Below, piece after piece: positions 26,066 to 32,000 of a stretch of 32,000 nt of DNA. Both the position numbers and the translations under genes were made by a program. Position 1 is the first letter of the stretch, and each line of letters opens with the position of its first letter. The DNA is from Acaryochloridaceae cyanobacterium OTE_75_metabat_521 (lineage in GTDB: Bacteria > Cyanobacteriota > Cyanobacteriia > Thermosynechococcales > Thermosynechococcaceae), in contig JANNDV010000034.1 in NCBI GenBank assembly GCA_031387975.1, positions 1 through 32,000 of the forward strand. Direction: 5' to 3'. A model generated the notes under the pieces. The model was given only the letters and a program-made list of their open reading frames with translations, did no database searches and was not told the origin of the DNA.

Positions 26066-27235
26066 ATGCTCTCTAAAAACCTTACAAATACTTTTCGTAG
26101 AGCGGCAATCTATGCCGTAGCTTTACTGGTATTCCTGACTTCTTCAATTCTTCCTGTCTCAGCATCAGATCATCAGGACACTACTTTTCTTGCGACTCAA
26201 ATGACATCTGCAGATTTAACCGATCTGTATGTGTTTGAAAGTCCTAGAAACCCGACACAAATGGTTCTAGCAATGGACTTTGACCCCTTAATTGCTCGAG
26301 GTGAGGTGAGACCTTTTGACCCTGGTGTACTTTACCAATTCAAAATTGATAACACGGGAGATAACGTTGAAGACGTAGTGCTTCAATTTTTGGTCAATGG
26401 TCAAGGCAAAAATCAAACTGTTTCGGTATATGGCCCAGGTCGCCCCCTTCAAGTTGGCACCGAGTCAAGGCTGCTGAGAGAAGTGGGTAGAGGGCCAATT
26501 AACAGGACTTTTGCGCCTGGTGGCGCTTTGAAAGTTTTTGTGGGCGATCGCAAAGATCCGTTCTTTTTTGACCTAGAACAATTTTTCAAAATCCTGCCGG
26601 ATCGTAATTATTTAGTACAGCCCAATCCTAGCCCACCATTAACCGTTGTTTCATTTCGGCCACCTGGACAAGCAAAAGATACCCTTGCACCTTTTAATGT
26701 CCATTCAATTGTGGTTGAGCTGCCTAGAAGTCTTTTAGGCAGGGGGACAATTGGAGCTTGGATGACCACTAGTGTTCAGTCTCCCAAACAAAAGGAAGGC
26801 GTTTACTCGCAAATTGAGCGATTGGCAGTGCCAGCGCTGAATGAATTATTTATGAACTTCAAAGATCATAATGCCAGTAATCTTCAGACCCCAACCCAAG
26901 ATGCTTCAAACCAATCTGGGTTTATTCGCTCTTTTATTCAAACCATTGGGCGACCTAAAGGTATTGCTGATGCTGTGATATCTGTAGCTATCCCAGATGT
27001 TATTAAGGCTGACCTTTCAAAACAAAATGGTACCTACTTTGGTACGCAGCTAACCCAAAATTTTGGTGGCAGACGACCACAGGATGATGTCATTGATGTT
27101 ACGGCATCTGTTGTTTTTGGGGATGCCGTGACAGGCATTAAAGCTGGCGCAATTCCCGCGTTAACCAGCGATAATGTTGGGCCTAATAGGGCGAATTTTC
27201 GCGACACTTTTCCTTATTTAGGCGATCCGCTTTAA
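26066..27235 (+). CDS. Exported DUF4331-family protein
   Basis: A signal peptide (MLSKNLTNTFRRAAIYAVALLVFLTSSILPVSA|SDHQD) is followed by the DUF4331-type N-terminal signature as I remember it (S/A-D-H-x-D ... DLTDLYVF). In-frame upstream ATGs at 25970 and 26003 are also possible starts. Confidence 0.75.
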   Translation: MLSKNLTNTFRRAAIYAVALLVFLTSSILPVSASDHQDTTFLATQMTSADLTDLYVFESPRNPTQMVLAMDFDPLIARGEVRPFDPGVLYQFKIDNTGDNVEDVVLQFLVNGQGKNQTVSVYGPGRPLQVGTESRLLREVGRGPINRTFAPGGALKVFVGDRKDPFFFDLEQFFKILPDRNYLVQPNPSPPLTVVSFRPPGQAKDTLAPFNVHSIVVELPRSLLGRGTIGAWMTTSVQSPKQKEGVYSQIERLAVPALNELFMNFKDHNASNLQTPTQDASNQSGFIRSFIQTIGRPKGIADAVISVAIPDVIKADLSKQNGTYFGTQLTQNFGGRRPQDDVIDVTASVVFGDAVTGIKAGAIPALTSDNVGPNRANFRDTFPYLGDPL

Positions 27236-27240
27236 GACCT

Positions 27241-28626
27241 ATGAACTGGTACTGGCGAATACTGCGACCGTTATTAATTTTGGTCTGTCTTCTCTTGACC
27301 CTGGAGAATTCCCCTGCCTTAGCATTAACCGGCAAAGAATCATTCTCTGCGAGTCATATCCCAGTAGAAAAGGCTTCAGATCTGGTTTTTCCAGACTATT
27401 TACAGCGTTCCAAAATTATTAGCACCTATGAAGCAGAAATTCGTCAGTCTCCTGACTCCTCTTTGCTTTTGCGATTGCTAGCAGGGCAATACCTAAAGCG
27501 TTTTCGAGAACGTGCAGATGTTGAGGATTTATTGCGAACAGAGCAGGCATCTCGCCAAGCGCTCTCGCTTCAAAATTATCGAGATCGGTCATCTTCGATG
27601 ATTTTAGCCTCCACTCTATTGTCGCAGCATCGCTTTCAAGCGGCGCTGGAGGCGATCGCTGAGGCGCAGAAGTTTGCCCCTGATGATGTAAATCTTGCTG
27701 CTTTAAGCGCGTCGATTCAGATGGAGCTAGGGCGCTACGAAGCAACTCATGATCTGCTGCAAATGTTGACTCAGAACACAGAGGACTCAGGTCACAATGC
27801 AGTTCTCGCGCGTTACCTAGAGTTAACGGGGAACCTTGCCTCCGCACGGGATCTGATGAACTCAGCAATGCAGCAGATGGACGCATTTTATTCAAATTCA
27901 GCCGAAACCCGCGCCTGGTTTCATGTGCGGGCAGGGGATTTATCCTTTGCAGCAGGAGAACCAAATCTTGCTGAACAGCGCTATCACGAAGCCCTCAATC
28001 TCTTTCCTCAAGATATTGCTGCTTTTACAGGACTCGCTCGGCTCTACACCGCCCAACACCGTTGGCAAGAAGCCTTAGATGTCGCCAATCGCGGCATTGA
28101 GTGGGTGCCGTTACTAGAAACGCTGGCCTACAAAGCCGATGCCCAAACAGCATTGGGAGATTCTGAAGGGGTACTTGAAACTGAGGGTCTTATGGAGGTG
28201 GTGGCGCATTTGAGTAAGGTTCAGGGCATCTATGACCGAGCGTTAGCTGTTTACTACGTCGATCATGGCATTCACATCCCTGAGGCGCTTGAGATTGCAC
28301 GACGAGAGGTATCGGTGAGAGACGATATTTATGCAGAAGATACATTGGCTTGGGCTGCGGCAGCTAACCATCACTGGAAAGAAGCGCAGCAAGCGGCAAA
28401 ACGCGCCACTCGGCTGGGGACAGAAGATGCCCTAATTCTGTTTCATAGCGGCATGATTGCGCTCAACTGCGGTGATCGCCCCTCAGCCTTTCGTCATTTA
28501 ACCCAAGCCCTGAAGCTGAACCCTATATTCCATCATCGGTATGCAGAAGAAGCCCGTCAAGCATTGTCGAGCCTAGCTTCAGCCTTCGTTCAACCTAACC
28601 GCTCAATATCTTCTTATCATTCCTGA
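27241..28626 (+). CDS. Signal-anchored tetratricopeptide-repeat (TPR) protein
   Basis: 461-aa ORF starting 5 bp after the DUF4331 stop. It has a hydrophobic N-terminus (LLILVCLLLTLENSPALA) and repeated TPR-like helical pairs (e.g. AEQRYHEALNLFPQDIAAFTGLARLYTAQHRWQEALDVANRGI and SAFRHLTQALKLNP). Confidence 0.8.
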   Translation: MNWYWRILRPLLILVCLLLTLENSPALALTGKESFSASHIPVEKASDLVFPDYLQRSKIISTYEAEIRQSPDSSLLLRLLAGQYLKRFRERADVEDLLRTEQASRQALSLQNYRDRSSSMILASTLLSQHRFQAALEAIAEAQKFAPDDVNLAALSASIQMELGRYEATHDLLQMLTQNTEDSGHNAVLARYLELTGNLASARDLMNSAMQQMDAFYSNSAETRAWFHVRAGDLSFAAGEPNLAEQRYHEALNLFPQDIAAFTGLARLYTAQHRWQEALDVANRGIEWVPLLETLAYKADAQTALGDSEGVLETEGLMEVVAHLSKVQGIYDRALAVYYVDHGIHIPEALEIARREVSVRDDIYAEDTLAWAAAANHHWKEAQQAAKRATRLGTEDALILFHSGMIALNCGDRPSAFRHLTQALKLNPIFHHRYAEEARQALSSLASAFVQPNRSISSYHS

Positions 28627-28645
28627 TCAGAGTGACAACTCCACT

Positions 28646-30250
28646 ATGAGAATTCTGCTGCACAGCTCTACCTGGATTATCTTTTTTACGGCTTTATTGG
28701 GGCTTTGGATGCCGTTTGCCGAGGCTCATCCTTTGGGTAATTTCACCATTAATCAGTACTCAGGGCTACAGGTTTCCCGTGAGGGTTTAGGCGTTGACTA
28801 TGTGCTGGATATGGCTGAAATCCCTGCCTTTCAGGCCATAAACCGGATGGACATCAATCATAACCGTAAGCCTGACCCAGCCGAAATCATCGGTTATCCC
28901 GAAGCTAAATGTAGCGAAGTCGTCTCCAATCTCAGCCTAAAAATTGATCGGCAGCCACTGCCGCTTTCGGTAAAACGCTCAATCGTCGAATTTCCGCCGG
29001 GTGTCGGCGGATTAGCCACGTTGCGCCTTACCTGCGCCTTAGAAGGCAAAACGTCTGTCGTTGGCACCCATCAAAGGATTGAATTTGAAAACAAGCTTTA
29101 CCCTGAGCGTCTGGGTTGGCAAGAGATTACCGCTGTGGCGAAAGATGTCTCCATTCAAGGAGACTTTAAGACCGAGAGCATTACAAAGCGTCTAACCAAC
29201 TATCCCACCGATCTTCTGAGCAGCCCTCTCAACCAGCGTCAGCTTTCTCTTAACGTTAATCGACCTCAGACCCTGAGCCTAGAAAAGAAATTTGCTCCAG
29301 AATCGTCTGGCGTTTGGGGCTTTGCATTATTAGATCGGGGCAACAATGCGTTTACAAGCTTAGTGACGCAAGATCACCTCACGGCTTCAACGGTTTTGAT
29401 TGCGCTGCTCACTGCCTTTATCTGGGGCGGGTTTCATGCTTTGTCTCCAGGGCACGGTAAGACCATTGTTGGCAGTTATTTAGTAGGTTCTCGAGGCACC
29501 ATTAAACACGCTCTTTTCCTAGGGCTGACGGTGACAATTACTCATACGGCTGGCATTTTTACGTTGGGTTTAGTGATGTTAAGCACCTCTCGATTTATTT
29601 TAACAGAGCAGCTTTATCCCTGGCTAAGTTTACTGTCAGGTTTATTAGTAACGGGGATTGGTTTAAACCTTTTAATCGGTCGATTGAAAGGTTCCCAAAT
29701 TTTTCAGAACTGGATCTTAATGAAGAGGACAGCTAAGCGTGAGTTGGCTTTTTCTTCTCAACCTATGGCTTTAGTTCACAGTCATCAATCAGTCGTCAAA
29801 ATTGCTGATTCTACTCACAGTCACAATCACCATCATGAGCACAATTACCATAGTCACAGGCATCATCACTCTGAACATGAAAATCGCCACAAACATCACT
29901 CCCATCTGCCGCCACTAGGCGCGGATGAAACTCCCGTCACTTGGTCTAGTCTGTTAGCCCTAGGGATTTCAGGAGGACTATTGCCTTGTCCTTCAGCGTT
30001 GGTGGTTTTGCTAAGTGCGATCGCCTTAGGCCGCACTGGCTTCGGCCTGTTACTGGTGTCTGCTTTTAGCCTAGGACTTGCTGGGGTTCTGACTGGAATT
30101 GGCGTACTTCTAATCTACGCTAAAAAGCAATTTGAGCAGATGCCGCTTCAGCTTCCTGGAAGCACCCTGTTCCCTTCTATCAGTGCTCTATGCATCACTT
30201 TACTGGGCATAGGAATAGCTGTGAATGCGATCCCTGTCGCTATTTTTTAG
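28646..30250 (+). CDS. RcnA/NicO-family metal (Ni/Co-type) permease fused to an N-terminal extracytoplasmic domain, with a His-rich loop
   Basis: 534-aa ORF starting 19 bp after the TPR stop. It has a signal peptide (MPFAEA|HPLGNF) and a soluble domain of about 250 aa. The membrane core shares motifs I recall from E. coli RcnA: FHALSPGHGKT, GTIKHAL, TITHTAG, a His-rich loop (THSHNHHHEHNYHSHRHHHSEHENRHKHHSH, nt 29777-29905 including flanks) and GGLLPCPSALVVLL. Confidence 0.8.
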   Translation: MRILLHSSTWIIFFTALLGLWMPFAEAHPLGNFTINQYSGLQVSREGLGVDYVLDMAEIPAFQAINRMDINHNRKPDPAEIIGYPEAKCSEVVSNLSLKIDRQPLPLSVKRSIVEFPPGVGGLATLRLTCALEGKTSVVGTHQRIEFENKLYPERLGWQEITAVAKDVSIQGDFKTESITKRLTNYPTDLLSSPLNQRQLSLNVNRPQTLSLEKKFAPESSGVWGFALLDRGNNAFTSLVTQDHLTASTVLIALLTAFIWGGFHALSPGHGKTIVGSYLVGSRGTIKHALFLGLTVTITHTAGIFTLGLVMLSTSRFILTEQLYPWLSLLSGLLVTGIGLNLLIGRLKGSQIFQNWILMKRTAKRELAFSSQPMALVHSHQSVVKIADSTHSHNHHHEHNYHSHRHHHSEHENRHKHHSHLPPLGADETPVTWSSLLALGISGGLLPCPSALVVLLSAIALGRTGFGLLLVSAFSLGLAGVLTGIGVLLIYAKKQFEQMPLQLPGSTLFPSISALCITLLGIGIAVNAIPVAIF

Positions 30251-30518
30251 ATCGGCAATAGTCTAAAAATCACTTAATTTTGAAAAGCTGTAATAGATTA
30301 ACCAAAATGAAAAAATTTAGCCTACTTTTTGCAATAACGGCGCTAAGCGTCATTGGCTACTTTGAAATTAGCCTATTTCAAGCCGAAAAACTTTTTTGGC
30401 TGAAGTTAGGCATGTAGCAAAAATTCTTAAATGGAAGAGGCATATAAAATGACTCTAATTCTGTTTAATTGGCTGCGAAGCTGAAACTCTAAAGCCTGTG
30501 CTTTGATAAGAAGATTTT

Positions 30519-30534
30519 ACTCAATTTATTGAGT
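30519..30534. promoter_or_regulatory. AT-rich palindrome ACTCAAT-tt-ATTGAGT upstream of the porin gene (possible operator)
   Basis: It is a 7-bp perfect inverted repeat with a 2-bp centre, 43 nt upstream of the porin ATG at 30577. The function is purely positional inference. Confidence 0.3.
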
Positions 30535-30576
30535 GTTGAAGTGGTAATCAATTTAGTTGTGAGTGAGTTATTAACC

Positions 30577-32000
30577 ATGAAAAAATCATTTTTGTTGGCT
30601 GCAACCTTAAGTTCTCTGGGTTTTATGGCGCTAGGGCTTCCTGCATTAGCCGCAGCGCTTAGTCCTGACCCTCAGTTCATGTCTGCATCAGAGCAGGATG
30701 CGGACATCGCTCAGGTTACATCCGTGTCTCAGCTTTCCGACGTTCAGCCCACTGACTGGGCTTTTCAGGCACTTCAGTCTTTAGTTGAGCGCTACGGCTG
30801 TATTGCAGGGTATCCTGACGGCACCTTTCGAGGTAATCGTGCAGCGACCCGCTACGAATTAGCGGCGGCGCTCAATGCCTGCTTAGACCAAATTAGCGAT
30901 CGCTTTGCCACTAAAGAAGACTTGGCAACCGTCAAGGCTTTACAAGAAGAATTTAAAACAGAACTCGCCACCCTCAAGGGTCGCGTGGATGGCCTCGAAG
31001 CCCGCACCAAGACCCTCGAAGCGCAGCAGTTTTCAACAACCACTAAACTTCAGGGGGAAGTGGTGATGGCAGTTCAGTATGGTGGCGACACCGTTGATAC
31101 GCGCTTTGGTGCCCCGATCAAGGTGGATAGCCGCGCCACGGCGATCTCCCGAGTTCGCCTCAACTTCAACACCAGTTTTAGCGGCAGTGATCTGCTGCAA
31201 ACTCAGCTTGAAGTGGGCAATGGCGGCAGCGACCTATTTGGTGCGAGAGACGGTAATGGCAACCGTATTCTGACCGACGATGGCAGATCGCAAACAGGTT
31301 CTGCCCTGTATGACAGCGGTATTATTGACTATGCTGGTGTCCCCAGTACCGTAACGCTGCGACGCTTAGCGTACTCTTTTAAGCCATCCAAAAATCTGAC
31401 GCTCACTATTGGTTCGCGCCTGTTTCCAAGCGATTTTGTTGACTTCAACAGCTATGCTAATAACTCAGCCCAAGATTTTAGCTCTGGCTTCTTCATCAAT
31501 AATCCTCTCATCATCAACAATCTAGTTGACGGCCCTGGCGGCGCAGGAGCCGCAGTAGATTGGAAATTTGGCGGCGGCCCTCTTAGCTTCCGTGCCGCCT
31601 ATGTCGCTGCAAGCCCAACCAATTCTGTCGCGGCACCCTTAAGCTTTGGCGGTGGACTTTTTGGCGACCCCTATCAAGCAACGGCTGAAGTGGAGTACGC
31701 GAAGACCTTTGGCGCTAGCAAGAAAAACAATTTTGCTGTACGACTGCAATACACGCGCTCTTCCACCGAAGATTTCCATCAAAACGTCGTTGGCGTTAAT
31801 ACAGAACTCACTTTTGGTCGGTTTGGGGTATTTGGTAGAGCTGGCTATTCTATCGACCCACAGTTCATCAATGTTAGTGCGGGTAACATCATTACAAACG
31901 TTCCCATCGGCAAAAAAACGGATTACTTTTTGACCTGGCAAGCAGGCATTGGCATCAAGGATGTCTTTCTTCCTGGCTCTCTCTTTGCAGTGGCTGCAGG
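30577..32000 (+). CDS. SLH-domain / OprB-family outer-membrane porin (3' end truncated by the window)
   Basis: This ORF is not in the supplied track because it is open to the window end. My translation from ATG 30577 has no stop. It shows a signal peptide (MKKSFLLAATLSSLGFMALGLPALAAA), an SLH motif (VQPTDWAFQALQSLVERYGCIAGYPDGTFRGNRAATRYELAAALNACL), a coiled coil (LQEEFKTELATLKGRVDGLEARTKTLEAQQFSTTTKL) and beta-barrel-like alternating sequence (RLNFNTSFSG, LRRLAYSFKPS, AVRLQYTRS). Confidence 0.85.
   Translation, partial: MKKSFLLAATLSSLGFMALGLPALAAALSPDPQFMSASEQDADIAQVTSVSQLSDVQPTDWAFQALQSLVERYGCIAGYPDGTFRGNRAATRYELAAALNACLDQISDRFATKEDLATVKALQEEFKTELATLKGRVDGLEARTKTLEAQQFSTTTKLQGEVVMAVQYGGDTVDTRFGAPIKVDSRATAISRVRLNFNTSFSGSDLLQTQLEVGNGGSDLFGARDGNGNRILTDDGRSQTGSALYDSGIIDYAGVPSTVTLRRLAYSFKPSKNLTLTIGSRLFPSDFVDFNSYANNSAQDFSSGFFINNPLIINNLVDGPGGAGAAVDWKFGGGPLSFRAAYVAASPTNSVAAPLSFGGGLFGDPYQATAEVEYAKTFGASKKNNFAVRLQYTRSSTEDFHQNVVGVNTELTFGRFGVFGRAGYSIDPQFINVSAGNIITNVPIGKKTDYFLTWQAGIGIKDVFLPGSLFAVAA

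Noticed and set aside
27419-27964. 181-aa minus-strand ORF inside the TPR gene.
   Set aside because: It is entirely antisense to a well-supported TPR coding region. The composition is Arg/Ser/Leu-rich, typical of shadow frames, with no motifs.
31639-31941. Two overlapping ORFs from the track (100 aa minus strand, 95 aa plus strand).
   Set aside because: Both lie inside the porin reading frame that I translated from 30577 to the window end. The porin frame has clear SLH/OprB features, and these ORFs have none.
1-32000. I scanned the intergenic spacers for tRNA/rRNA genes, CRISPR arrays, riboswitch-like leaders, and reverse-transcriptase or transposase genes.
   Set aside because: I saw no T-loop/cloverleaf candidates, no regularly spaced repeats longer than three units, and no matching ORFs. 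A covariance-model scan (Infernal/tRNAscan) would be needed to exclude small ncRNAs, especially in the 275-bp spacer at 22498-22772.

Overview
This window is a chromosomal segment of a cyanobacterium. The evidence is 29 copies (counted by eye) of the HIP1 octamer GCGATCGC, a CyanoQ/psbQ gene, an SLH-OprB porin and a Uma2 endonuclease. About 35 genes are packed tightly on both strands, and most are housekeeping or conserved: Zn-ADH, malQ, ThiO-like oxidase, psbQ, recO, MFS transporter, GT4 glycosyltransferase, comEA-like, htrA, LysM-M23 peptidase, hemC, pirin, yjbQ. I saw no rRNA, tRNA, CRISPR array, transposase or integrase. Three parts look accessory or unusual. (1) The most interesting is a tight three-gene envelope operon at about 26.0-30.25 kb. 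It encodes an exported DUF4331 protein, a signal-anchored TPR protein, and an RcnA/NicO-like permease that has an extra N-terminal extracytoplasmic domain and a very His-rich loop. An SLH-OprB porin gene follows and runs off the window. I read this as a candidate uncharacterised metal-handling system. (2) An AT-rich, HIP1-free islet at about 3.1-5.7 kb carries a divergent m5C methyltransferase, a controller (C) protein and a 362-aa candidate restriction endonuclease that I cannot assign to a family. (3) A phd/vapC toxin-antitoxin pair is preceded by a perfect 23-bp inverted repeat. All functional calls come from reading motifs in the supplied translations. No database search was run.
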